Positions 27,562 to 36,474 of a DNA stretch of 63,216 bases are shown in pieces. The notes beneath the pieces were generated by a model. That model made no database searches. It was not told the origin of the DNA and was given only the letters and a program-made list of their open reading frames with translations. The position numbers and the translations under genes are program-made. Source of the DNA: Bacteroidota bacterium (lineage in GTDB: Bacteria; Bacteroidota; Ignavibacteria; SZUA-365); contig JAMIQH010000153.1 in assembly GCA_035914695.1 (NCBI GenBank), positions 1 to 63,216 on the forward strand, written 5' to 3'. How positions within the stretch are numbered: the stretch's first letter is position 1; each line of letters begins with the position of its first letter.

Positions 27562-30500
27562 TTACACCGCTCCGCCCACACCTTTGAATTTCTCCACGAA
27601 TGCGGTGATTTTCTGGAAGACGGTCTGCTTCGTGATCAAGTATTGCGGGTTCAGCGGGCTCATGCGGGGCAGGATGGCGTTGAGTTCGGTGCCGCTGTCG
27701 CTCGCGAATTCGCGTTTTAATGAGGCGGTGATATAGCGCCTGGCAGCTTCCGCATTCAGGTTCTCGGCGGTGATCAACTCTTGCGCTTCCCGCTGCTGTT
27801 CGGCCCGGGCAAAGGTGAAAAAGGCATCAATCACACTGGCCTTGTCGCCAATGTTATCGAGATCGGTCTGGTTGATGAAATCGACGAGCAGGCTTTCCTT
27901 GGCTCGGTTGCCAAGACTGGCGCGAATGACGCGTCGTACTTCGTCAACCAGCCCCGACTTGGTCCTGATGTTCTTGTTGTGCTCGAAGATCAGTTCCAAT
28001 ATGTAGTCGAGATTGATTTCCTGAGACTTCAGGAGGTCGACCTCGAATACCACGTCATCCCAGTCGATGCTGGATGTATCCTTGTCATCGGAGGATTTCT
28101 GGCGGCGCAGCCATTCGCGCACGTCGTTGTAGGTGGAGCGGTAATCCTGGATGATTCGTTCCGACGGTATCGTTATCGCCTGCAGTTCGGCAAGGTCTTC
28201 ATCGCTCAGATAATGCTGCGTCTTGAATGCCTCCACCGCCGCAGGGTCGTTCATGTCAACGCTTTGAAGTGCTTTCAGACTGGCAAATTCATCGAAATGC
28301 TGTAGCACATTCTCGATGCGTAAATATTCTCCGAAGAGCTTCACAAACGCCTTCTTGTCCGCTTCCTTCTCGATGGCGGTGGGATCGGGAAAGCGCTGCT
28401 CCAACTCCCGCACCACATCCATATAACCGCGCCGCGCTTCACCGGTCAGTACATCGGTAAAGCCGTCCATGTATTCCTTGTAGCTCTTCTCCAGCACCAC
28501 GTTCTTTGTGTTCCTGTCGCCAAACAATGTGATGGCGTCGATGGTGGCTTGCTCGAGGTCACGGAAGGTGACGATGTTGCCAAAGGTTTTCGTGGCGTCA
28601 AAAATGCGGTTGGTGCGCGAATATGCCTGCAGAAGGCCGTGGTAACGCAGGTTTTTGTCGACGAACAAGGTGTTCAGCGCCGGCGCATCAAAGCCGGTCA
28701 GGAACATGCCCACCACGATCAGCAGGTCGATTTCCTTGGCCTTCACCTGCTTGGCGAGATCACGGTAGTAATTCTGGAAGCCGTTGCTGTCCACGCTGAA
28801 ATTGGTTTTGAACAGCGTGTTGTAATCCGCTATGGCCGCGCTCAAGAACTCCTTGGCGCTGCTGTCCATGGCGGAGACTTCGAAACTTTCGTCCTGTATG
28901 TCGCCGACAGCATCCTGTTCCTCGTTCGCGGCAAACGAGAAGATGGTGGCTACCTTCAACGGCTTGTCGCTGCCCTTCTGCAATTCCCGGAAGGACTCGT
29001 AGTACAGCTTGGCGGCGTCGACGCTGCTGACCGCGAACATGGCATTGAACCCTTGATTACCAGCCTGGAGGCGGCGTGTTTTCTGTCGATAGTGTTTCAG
29101 GATGTACTGTGTGATTTCGCGTATGCGGTCGGGGTGCAACAGCGCCTGCTTGTTTTCCGCCGCGCTGAGCGTTTTCTCGTTGGACTCGCTCTCAATCGCC
29201 TTGAACTGTGGACGTACATCGTTGTAGTCCACCTTGAACTTCAGCACCTTCTCATCGCGTATGGCGTCGGTGATCACGTAGGAATGAAGTTCGTTGCCAA
29301 ACACGCTGGCTGTGGTTTCGGCGCCCAACGCGTTCTGCGGGAAAATGGGTGTACCGGTGAAGCCGAACTGATAGAACTTCTTGAACTTCTTTTTGAGGTT
29401 TCTCTGCGCTTCGCCAAACTGGCTGCGGTGACATTCATCAAAAATGAACACCACCTGCTTGCCGTAAATGGGCAGATCGCCTTCGCTCTTCATCAGGTTG
29501 TTGAGCTTCTGGATGGTGGTGACGATGATCTTGTTGTCGTCCTTGTCCAGATTGCGCTTGAGACCGGCGGTGCTGTCCGAACCATTGACGCTGTCCGGTG
29601 AGAATCGCTGGTATTCCTTCATGGTTTGGTAATCAAGATCCTTGCGGTCGACCACGAAAAACACTTTGTCGATGAAGTCCAGCTCGGTGGCCACACGCGC
29701 CGCCTTGAAGCTGGTCAGGGTTTTGCCCGAACCGGTGGTGTGCCAGATATAACCGCCGCTTTCCGTTTTGCTCCAGTTTTTCGTCTGCCATGCGCTGTTG
29801 ATTTTCCACAGAATGCGCTCGGTGGCGGCAATCTGATAGGGACGCATGACCAACAGGGTGTTGCTGACATCGAATACCGAATAGTGCAGCAGTACGCTGA
29901 GCAGCGTCCTTTTCTGGAAAAAGGTGGCGGTGAAGTCCTTCAGGTCCTTGATCAGCGAGTTATCCGATTTCGCCCAATTCATGGTGAAGTCGAAGCTGTT
30001 CTTGCCGCGCTGCGTGGTGTTGGCGAAATACCGACTGTCGGTGCCGTTGGAGATCACGAACAGTTGCAGATACTTGAACAGGGAATGCTCGCTGTTGAAG
30101 CTCTCCTTGCTGTAGCGATGCACCTGATTGAAGGCCTCACGAATCGCCACGCCGCGTTTTTTCAGTTCCACCTGCACAAGAGGCAGACCGTTGACAAGAA
30201 TCGTCACGTCGTAGCGATTGGCGTGGCTGCCCGTCTGCTCGAACTGCTTGATCACCTGCAGCCGGTTTCGGGCAATGTTCTTCTTGTCCAGCAGATAGAT
30301 GTTCTGTATATGGCCATCGTCAAAGACAAAGTCGTGAATGTAATCGTCGTGAATCTTGCGGGTTTTTTCCACGATGCCATCACTGGGCTTGTCCAGCCAG
30401 GTTTCCACAAAGCGCAGCCACTCGCCGTCGGAGAATTGCATCTTGTTCAGCGTCTGCAACGCGTTGCGCACATTGGCCAGCAACTTTTCCGGCGTGTTGA

Positions 30501-30660
30501 GGTCGGGCGCGTATTCGTAGCCCTGATTCTTCAAGTCCTGAATGAACTCCCGCTCCAGATCCGATTCGCTCTGGTAACGCTCGTTGGCTTTCCATTCCCT
30601 GACGTATTTGTCCAGGACAATGAAGTGTTTCGATTCGGCAATGGCCTTGTAGTCGCTCAT
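27562..30660 (-). CDS. hsdR: type I restriction endonuclease subunit R
   Basis: ORF 1032 aa. HTTGSGKT Walker A and [13 protein letters not shown] box. N-terminal nuclease-region and C-terminal sequences are typical of HsdR. Confidence 0.95.
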   Translation of the reverse strand: MSDYKAIAESKHFIVLDKYVREWKANERYQSESDLEREFIQDLKNQGYEYAPDLNTPEKLLANVRNALQTLNKMQFSDGEWLRFVETWLDKPSDGIVEKTRKIHDDYIHDFVFDDGHIQNIYLLDKKNIARNRLQVIKQFEQTGSHANRYDVTILVNGLPLVQVELKKRGVAIREAFNQVHRYSKESFNSEHSLFKYLQLFVISNGTDSRYFANTTQRGKNSFDFTMNWAKSDNSLIKDLKDFTATFFQKRTLLSVLLHYSVFDVSNTLLVMRPYQIAATERILWKINSAWQTKNWSKTESGGYIWHTTGSGKTLTSFKAARVATELDFIDKVFFVVDRKDLDYQTMKEYQRFSPDSVNGSDSTAGLKRNLDKDDNKIIVTTIQKLNNLMKSEGDLPIYGKQVVFIFDECHRSQFGEAQRNLKKKFKKFYQFGFTGTPIFPQNALGAETTASVFGNELHSYVITDAIRDEKVLKFKVDYNDVRPQFKAIESESNEKTLSAAENKQALLHPDRIREITQYILKHYRQKTRRLQAGNQGFNAMFAVSSVDAAKLYYESFRELQKGSDKPLKVATIFSFAANEEQDAVGDIQDESFEVSAMDSSAKEFLSAAIADYNTLFKTNFSVDSNGFQNYYRDLAKQVKAKEIDLLIVVGMFLTGFDAPALNTLFVDKNLRYHGLLQAYSRTNRIFDATKTFGNIVTFRDLEQATIDAITLFGDRNTKNVVLEKSYKEYMDGFTDVLTGEARRGYMDVVRELEQRFPDPTAIEKEADKKAFVKLFGEYLRIENVLQHFDEFASLKALQSVDMNDPAAVEAFKTQHYLSDEDLAELQAITIPSERIIQDYRSTYNDVREWLRRQKSSDDKDTSSIDWDDVVFEVDLLKSQEINLDYILELIFEHNKNIRTKSGLVDEVRRVIRASLGNRAKESLLVDFINQTDLDNIGDKASVIDAFFTFARAEQQREAQELITAENLNAEAARRYITASLKREFASDSGTELNAILPRMSPLNPQYLITKQTVFQKITAFVEKFKGVGGAV

Positions 30661-30760
30661 TCTTCGGGGTCCTTGCTTTGCAGCTCGTTTTTAGAGTCCG
30701 GTCCAAATCGGCTTCGATGCGTTGCTGCCTGTTGAACGTTTCACCTCAGTCAGCGGCGTT

Positions 30761-31111
30761 TCATGCAGTCGGCATTCGGCGGATTGAGCCGTAATCCAAC
30801 GGGATCACCGCGTCCAGGTTGTAGTACTTGACCTGCTGGGTCTGGGTGAGGCCTACCACGGCGCCGTGCTCAGTGCTTGTTTCCAAAATGGAAACAACCA
30901 CTTCTTCCACCAATTCGCCACTGTCGAAGATGTTCTTCAGATGCCTGGAAATGGCCGGGACGCCCACACCAAACAACTCCGCCATGCGCTTTTGGGTCAG
31001 CCAGATGCTCTCATTGCTGAGCAGGACTTCGACTTTGACTGCGCCGTTGGGCGCGGTGTGGAGCAGGAATTCGGTGCTTTGATCGCGTAATGTGATATTT
31101 GGTCGGGGCAT
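30761..31111 (-). pseudogene. rhuM-family (virulence protein RhuM-like) gene remnant, frameshifted and truncated
   Basis: MPRPNITLRDQSTEFLLHTAPNGAVKVEVLLSNESIWLTQKRMAELFGVGVPAISRHLKNIF...KYYNLDAVI matches the N-terminal third of RhuM-type proteins, which are usually about 330 aa. Near 30803 the expected ISVGYRLN continues in another frame (..VGLRLNP..) and stops. Only about 100 bp remain before hsdR. Confidence 0.65.
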
Positions 31112-31305
31112 AGTTCGATCCCTCAATTTTGAGTATCCAGGGATTGTTTCCCCATAGGTGTGGTACTGGTAGTTGCTAGATTCAACTGATTGGTGACATG
31201 AACTATTTCACTCTCGTCTTGCTTCAGATTGTCTCAAATATCCATGTTTCTGGGTAGGAATGATCGTCAATGCACATTGACTCAAATTGCGGGAGTATGG
31301 CGTAA

Positions 31306-32538
31306 TCATCCAGTTATTACTTCCGGTTGCCTGAAATGATAGGTCTTGATCAAATGGTCTACCAATTCGCTTAGTCTAGCTTTGTCATTGTCCTCGATTT
31401 CAGCCATTTCTTCGCCTGCATGGGCTGAGTGACTGGATAGGTTTAGGAGTCTGTTTCCAAATGGGTCAGGGTTCCCATTGCTGGTTTGTGGAAGAAGAGC
31501 CGACCAGTTGTTGTAGCCTAGGAACGTAGCCATCTTCTCCAAAATGTTTCGTGTGAAATTAAAATGGTACTTCCTGATTTGCCCATTATTAAGTGCAACT
31601 TGGAGTTCGGATAAGAGAAACAGGTGGTACGAGAATGGCGAGTCGGTTGGCTGTGTTGCCAGATTAAACAGACCGTCTTCATTTTTTTCTAATCGATATT
31701 TCTGAAAAGCTTTTTTTGGGCTATATGTCTTCGTCCGTGTGCCATCCTTCTGTGTTTTGTAGGCCGGGTTGCTAAACTCGTTGCAGAGGATATTGTAAAA
31801 AAGCGGGCTGTGTGTTGTGATTACAAAATTAAGCTTGGAATTGCTCGACTTAACCAGCGTCGCCAGGTCGATGGCTAGGTCAATTAAATGATTGTCGTCG
31901 AGCGAACTAACGGGGTCGTCAATAAACACGTATTCTAGAAGATCAAAGTCGTTGCTTCCGTGTTCATTCTTGTCGGATTCCTCAAGAACAGACACCACCT
32001 CTTGAATAAGTGTAAAAAAAATGCTCCATATAAAACTCCTCTCCTCGCTTTTAGATACTTTTAAATTGCCTGTTCGTTCAGTGCCAGTGTCAAGAGAGAA
32101 AATTACTTCCGGGTAGGTTTTTTCACCTGTCCTCTTCGTACCTACAACTACATCTTTCTCTTGAAATCGTGCAGATAGTTTGTCGTTTGTATAACGCTGA
32201 AATGTGTTAACGATATCTATTTCGCCGCGTACACGCAAAATCCAGTCAGTGAATGAATTCGGTTGGATTTTTAATTTTGGCTCGATGTCTTGCTCCAAGT
32301 CGTTATCCCAGTAGAACAAGTCTTCGGTAAATGCGTTGTAATAGAGGATGATGTTGCGTGACGACTGGGGAAGATCGGCTGCTTCATCGCCTTCTCCACT
32401 ATCGGCTTTGGAGGCTATCAGTCGCTTGAACTCTCGTGAGAGACGAGTTTTTCCCACGCCATTGAAGGCGTAGATTATCTGCACTTTCTTGTTGGCATCT
32501 TTTAGCTGTTGTGCGATTTCCGGTAGCGTCTTGCCCAT
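31306..32538 (-). CDS. AAA_13-type ABC-like ATPase, PrrC-like anticodon nuclease candidate
   Basis: ORF 410 aa. Walker A AFNGVGKT, signature-like VSKSEER, Walker B/D-loop YVFIDDPVSSLD and H-loop ITTHS. The C-terminal region has RNILE (RxxxE) and SSHS about 36 residues later. The gene sits between hsdS and hsdR as prrC does in E. coli and starts 1 nt after the hsdS stop. It is the most AT-rich gene in the window. Confidence 0.65.
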   Translation of the reverse strand: MGKTLPEIAQQLKDANKKVQIIYAFNGVGKTRLSREFKRLIASKADSGEGDEAADLPQSSRNIILYYNAFTEDLFYWDNDLEQDIEPKLKIQPNSFTDWILRVRGEIDIVNTFQRYTNDKLSARFQEKDVVVGTKRTGEKTYPEVIFSLDTGTERTGNLKVSKSEERSFIWSIFFTLIQEVVSVLEESDKNEHGSNDFDLLEYVFIDDPVSSLDDNHLIDLAIDLATLVKSSNSKLNFVITTHSPLFYNILCNEFSNPAYKTQKDGTRTKTYSPKKAFQKYRLEKNEDGLFNLATQPTDSPFSYHLFLLSELQVALNNGQIRKYHFNFTRNILEKMATFLGYNNWSALLPQTSNGNPDPFGNRLLNLSSHSAHAGEEMAEIEDNDKARLSELVDHLIKTYHFRQPEVITG

Positions 32539-32539
32539 G

Positions 32540-33787
32540 TTATGTCGTCTCCTCTTCAGGTTTTGGGAAGTTGAACAGCATATCGCGGTAATACTCGTAT
32601 TGCTTTTTGCGCAGTGCGATTTCGCGGGGCAAGCCCTCGGTGAGGGAGTTGGTCAGAGCGTCGAACGTGTCGAGTATGGCGACGATGCGGGCTTGTTCGG
32701 CGAGGGATTTCTGAGGGTCATAGGCATATGGAATCGGGAGCTTGAAGCTCTTTATGATGCTTGAGTTGAGGTCGCCTCTGGGACCCTGTCCTAGTGACTT
32801 AATGTTTTCATAATTAAAACTCACCCAATGAAAAACATAGCGAGATAACGCCTTGGCGCTGTCTACTTCCAGGCAGCCACAGTGCTGATTGGTTGTTAAA
32901 GGAATTTTATTGATCGCTGACCTGCCTGCCGTGGCGCCAGAGATCGCAATTATTACGCAATTCGCAGGAATCCACTTTGCTGCCGACTGCTCCAGGGCTG
33001 CCTGAGTTATTTTTACTTCAGTTCTCTCGATATCGGAAAACTTGACCTCTTGTGTTCTTAGCCATGGAATATCGCCTCCTTCATAGTACTTCGGCTCTCC
33101 GGCTGTAGGGGTTCCGCCTGAATGCCATTTTTTTGTAACATCCCCCAGCGTTTTCCAGGCTACATCTCCTAATTCAAAACTCAACAACCGGTCGCGATAG
33201 TAATTGTATTGTTTTTTACGAGCGGTCAGCTCGGCGGTCAGCTCGGCGGTCAGCTCGGCGGTCAGCTCGGTAAAGGCGTCAAGAATGCGGACGATTTCGG
33301 CCTGGATTTCGAGGGATTTTTTGGGGTTCTCGGGGCAGGGGATGGGGATTCCAAACTTTTCGGTATCAGGGATTGCAATTTGCGGCATTTGCATCTTGCC
33401 GCCAATACTCTGGAAATGGGGTTCGTACAGTTTTAGAAAATGGTAAACATACTTGATATGGATAGCCTCGTTGCTTGAATGGTACGACCACATTTCATTC
33501 TTGTGTGAGAACGGTATGTCGCAATATTCAAATTCAATTACGCCACGAGATTTAACAATAATCGAAGCTTCGCAATTTATATCCTTGGCTGGTATGTCGT
33601 CGAAATCAACAAAGGCGACGGTTTTACCCCCCGCGAAGATTTTTACCGGAGCGCCATCTTTATGAAGCTCTTTCATCTGACCTGCGGTGATTTTTGTGCC
33701 TTTGGTTCGAACAAGCATCTCACCGAGTGGCTTCCATTGAACCTCGACCCCGTCCAACAGCTTCGCCAGAAAAGGAAGTTGACTCAC
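32540..33787 (-). CDS. hsdS: type I restriction-modification specificity subunit S (type IC-like)
   Basis: ORF 415 aa. Two TRDs separated by the central conserved region LDAFTELTAELTAELTAELTARKKQYNYYRDRLLSF. The C-terminal conserved region is LDTFDALTNSLTEGLPREIALRKKQYEYYRDMLFNF. GTG start lies 2 nt after the fic stop. Confidence 0.9.
   Translation of the reverse strand: MSQLPFLAKLLDGVEVQWKPLGEMLVRTKGTKITAGQMKELHKDGAPVKIFAGGKTVAFVDFDDIPAKDINCEASIIVKSRGVIEFEYCDIPFSHKNEMWSYHSSNEAIHIKYVYHFLKLYEPHFQSIGGKMQMPQIAIPDTEKFGIPIPCPENPKKSLEIQAEIVRILDAFTELTAELTAELTAELTARKKQYNYYRDRLLSFELGDVAWKTLGDVTKKWHSGGTPTAGEPKYYEGGDIPWLRTQEVKFSDIERTEVKITQAALEQSAAKWIPANCVIIAISGATAGRSAINKIPLTTNQHCGCLEVDSAKALSRYVFHWVSFNYENIKSLGQGPRGDLNSSIIKSFKLPIPYAYDPQKSLAEQARIVAILDTFDALTNSLTEGLPREIALRKKQYEYYRDMLFNFPKPEEETT
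33222..33269. repeat. 4 perfect tandem copies of the 12-bp unit gcggtcagctcg inside hsdS (encodes the TAEL/ELTA repeat)
   Basis: Directly visible at 33222-33233, 33234-33245, 33246-33257 and 33258-33269. Translated on the minus strand this gives ELTAELTAELTAELTA. Confidence 0.95.
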
Positions 33788-33789
33788 GG

Positions 33790-34395
33790 TTACAACTCCT
33801 CGGTCTTGAATTCGCTGTAGCCTTCGTAGAAATAACTCACGTCGATGCCTTTCATGAACAGGGCGCGGTCGTGGATGCGGTCGGTGAGGGCTTGCTTGAG
33901 CAGGAATTTGATTTCCAGGTCTTTCACCGGACTGCGCCGCATGGCGGAAAGATATTCCTCTTTATCGACGTGATTCCAGTCCACCACCTGCCTGAGTTCC
34001 TTTTTCAGCATGCAATCCAGCCAGATGCGGGTGGCCCGTCCGTTGCCTTCGCGGAAAGGATGGGCGACATTCATTTCCACATATTTTTCCACGATTTGCT
34101 CGAAGTTGCCTTGCGGCATGGCGTCGATATGTTTGAGCGAAGCGTGCAGATACATGACCGGGGCGAAGCGGAAATCACCTTTGGAGATATTCACGTCGCG
34201 GACAATTCCGGCGAAGTGGTAAATCTCGCCAAAAAGATAGGCATGGATGAACGCCAGCCCGGAAAATGTACCCACGTCCACCTTGTGGATGTCGCCCGAG
34301 TCGAAAAGCTGTCTGGCTTTTTGCTTGCTGATTCTTTCCTCGGCCTTGGCCAGCGCGATCTGCTCCGTGATGTTGAGCTTGTTTTCCGGAATCAT
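33790..34395 (-). CDS. fic: Fic-domain protein (AMP-transferase type), class III-like with C-terminal inhibitory motif
   Basis: ORF 201 aa. [12 protein letters not shown] is the canonical Fic motif HxFx(D/E)GNGRxxR. The C-terminal SYFYEG fits the inhibitory (S/T)xxxE(G/N) motif. Its ATG overlaps the hsdM stop (ATGA). Confidence 0.9.
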   Translation of the reverse strand: MIPENKLNITEQIALAKAEERISKQKARQLFDSGDIHKVDVGTFSGLAFIHAYLFGEIYHFAGIVRDVNISKGDFRFAPVMYLHASLKHIDAMPQGNFEQIVEKYVEMNVAHPFREGNGRATRIWLDCMLKKELRQVVDWNHVDKEEYLSAMRRSPVKDLEIKFLLKQALTDRIHDRALFMKGIDVSYFYEGYSEFKTEEL

Positions 34396-35942
34396 GTGGA
34401 CGCTCCTTCAATCTCGGCTACGATGGCGTCGATTTCCGCGCGCAGCTTGTCGATGTTGGCGACGGTGGTTTTCAGTTCGGCATTCAGTTGGGCAATGTCC
34501 ACGGTCTCACGGGTATCCCGGGCCTCCACATAGCTGCTCACCGACAGATTGTAGTCGTTGGCGGCGATGGCCTCGAAAGGAATGGATTGAGCAAAGTGAT
34601 CCACGTTCGCCTTGCTGTCGAACACGGCGAGGATGCGTTCGATGTGCTCGTCCAGCAGCACATTATTGTTGGTTTCCTTCTTGAACAGACCGCTGGCGTC
34701 GATGAACTGCGTGGTGGTGTCGCTTTTATGTTTGGACAGCACAAGGATATTCACTGCGATGGTGGTGCCATAAAACAGATTGGACGCCAGGGAAATCACC
34801 GTTTCGATGTAGTTGTTGTCGATCAGATATTGGCGGATTTTCTGCTCGGCGCCTCCACGGTAGAAAATGCCGGGGAAGCAGACGATGGCCGCGCGGCCTT
34901 TGCCGGAAAGATAGTGGAGCGCATGCAGCACGAAGGCGAAATCGGCTTTGGATTTGGGCGCGAGCACACCCGCCGGGGCGAAGCGTTCGTCGTTGATCAG
35001 CGTCGGGTCGTCGCTGCCTATCCACTTCACCGAGTAGGGCGGATTGGACACGATGGCGTCGAAGGGTTTGTCCTCGGCGAAATGCGGCTCCGTCAGCGTG
35101 TTGCCCAACTGGATGTTGAATTTGTCGTAGTTGATGTTGTGCAAGAACATGTTCATCCGCGCCAGGTTGTAGGTGGTGTGGTTGATTTCTTGCCCGAAGA
35201 AGCCGTCATCAATCAGATGGTCGTCAAAATGCTTTTTGGCCTGCAGCAGCAAGGAGCCCGAGCCGCAGGCGGGGTCGTAAATCTTGTTGACACCGCTTTG
35301 CGTGTGCATGGCGAGTCGTGCGATCAGCTTGGACACATGCTGCGGCGTGAAGAATTCGCCGCCCGATTTGCCCGCGTTGGCGGCATAGTTGGAGATGAGG
35401 AACTCGTAGGCGTCGCCGAACAGATCGATGTGGCTCGACCCGAAGTCGCCGAAGTCCAGTTCGGCCACGCCTTTGAGCACGGCGGCCAGGCGGGTGTTCT
35501 TGTCCTTGACGGTATTGCCCAGGCGGTTGCTGGTGGTATCGAAGTCGGCGAACAGGCCTTTGATGTCCTGCTCCGACGGGTAGCCGTTGGCGGAAGCTTC
35601 GATGGCGGCGAAAATCGTTGCCAGGTCGGTGTTCAAGCGTTCGTTGCTGTTGGCGTTGGCAGCCACTCTGGCAAAGTGCTGGCTGGGATAGATGAAATAG
35701 CCCTTGGTCTTGATGGCATCATCTTTGATCTCCGGCGTGATGACATTGTCGGCCATCTGAGCATAGCGGATGTTTTCGTCACCGCATTCGAAATACTCCG
35801 CGAAGTTTTCGCTGATGAAGCGATAGAACAGCGCACCGAGCACGTATTGCTTGAAATCCCAGCCATCCACCGCACCGCGGACATCGTTGGCGATTTGCCA
35901 GATCCGGCGTTGCAATTCGGCTCGTTGTTGGCTGCTGGTCAC
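34392..35942 (-). CDS. hsdM: type I restriction-modification DNA methyltransferase subunit M
   Basis: ORF 34392..35972. [10 protein letters not shown] (motif I) and SNPPYS (motif IV) are present. Likely start is GTG at 35942 ([23 protein letters not shown]), with GAGGAGAA upstream; the TTG at 35972 is less likely. Confidence 0.95.
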   Translation of the reverse strand: MTSSQQRAELQRRIWQIANDVRGAVDGWDFKQYVLGALFYRFISENFAEYFECGDENIRYAQMADNVITPEIKDDAIKTKGYFIYPSQHFARVAANANSNERLNTDLATIFAAIEASANGYPSEQDIKGLFADFDTTSNRLGNTVKDKNTRLAAVLKGVAELDFGDFGSSHIDLFGDAYEFLISNYAANAGKSGGEFFTPQHVSKLIARLAMHTQSGVNKIYDPACGSGSLLLQAKKHFDDHLIDDGFFGQEINHTTYNLARMNMFLHNINYDKFNIQLGNTLTEPHFAEDKPFDAIVSNPPYSVKWIGSDDPTLINDERFAPAGVLAPKSKADFAFVLHALHYLSGKGRAAIVCFPGIFYRGGAEQKIRQYLIDNNYIETVISLASNLFYGTTIAVNILVLSKHKSDTTTQFIDASGLFKKETNNNVLLDEHIERILAVFDSKANVDHFAQSIPFEAIAANDYNLSVSSYVEARDTRETVDIAQLNAELKTTVANIDKLRAEIDAIVAEIEGAST

Positions 35943-36119
35943 GTGGTTTTCTCCTCGGGACGTGGGTACCAAAGGTACCCGGTTTTTCTATGAAATCAGA
36001 ACTCCCTCATCTCGCACGGGATTGATCCATCAACGGACGCTGGGTGTACGCCTACGCGCAGCAGGTTGCCGGGGTGAAGAGTTCCCACTGTCGCAGCTCC
36101 GCGCCTTGTCTCACTTCCG

Positions 36120-36262
36120 CTTGTCCGCATACTATTGGCGAATCGGGTAATATTGTGCGCAATATATCGCTTCGGCTGCAGGGGTGCAAGCAGAGTATCA
36201 AGATATAGTTTCAAAACCACAGATAGCACAGATATCACACAGATTAGCACAGATGGATCGTG
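36120..36262. repeat. 143-bp direct repeat, right copy (copy R4)
   Basis: Near-identical to 26705-26847, with a handful of substitutions, mostly in the segment cttc[ct]ttt/ggctgcagggg[at]gcaa[ag]cagag[ct]atcaaga[ct]at. Confidence 0.9.
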
Positions 36263-36403
36263 CAAGGCGGCGAGGTTCGGAGTGAATGGATAACGCTCGG
36301 GGGAGAGATCGCACGCACGCTGTCGACGATGTAGCGTCTTATGCATCCTTGCGCCTCTGCGTTATGCGCCCTTGCGTTATGCGCCCTTGCGTTATGCGAC
36401 CTA
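36263..36403. repeat. tail of repeat R4, including a 15-bp tandem repeat (gcgttatgcgccctt, about 3 copies)
   Basis: gatcgcacgcacgctgtcgacgatgtagcgtcttatgcatccttgcgcc parallels R1 (25795-25850). It is followed by gcgttatgcgcccttgcgttatgcgcccttgcgttatgcga at 36359-36400. A related pair, cccttgcgttacgcgcccttgcgttacg, is at 53460-53487. Confidence 0.85.
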
Positions 36404-36474
36404 GCGCTCTGCCTCCAAGGTCGAGTCGGAGCGCCGCATTGTATTCGTACAGGCAGGTTTCCGGCATGCCGCTG

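Noticed and set aside
25682-36346. Small ORFs 25682-25870, 26662-26856 and 35996-36346, which share peptide segments such as DPSVLICVISVLSVVLKL
   Set aside because: The shared peptides are simply translations of the CACAGAT repeat DNA. The ORFs have no start context and no conservation beyond the repeat.
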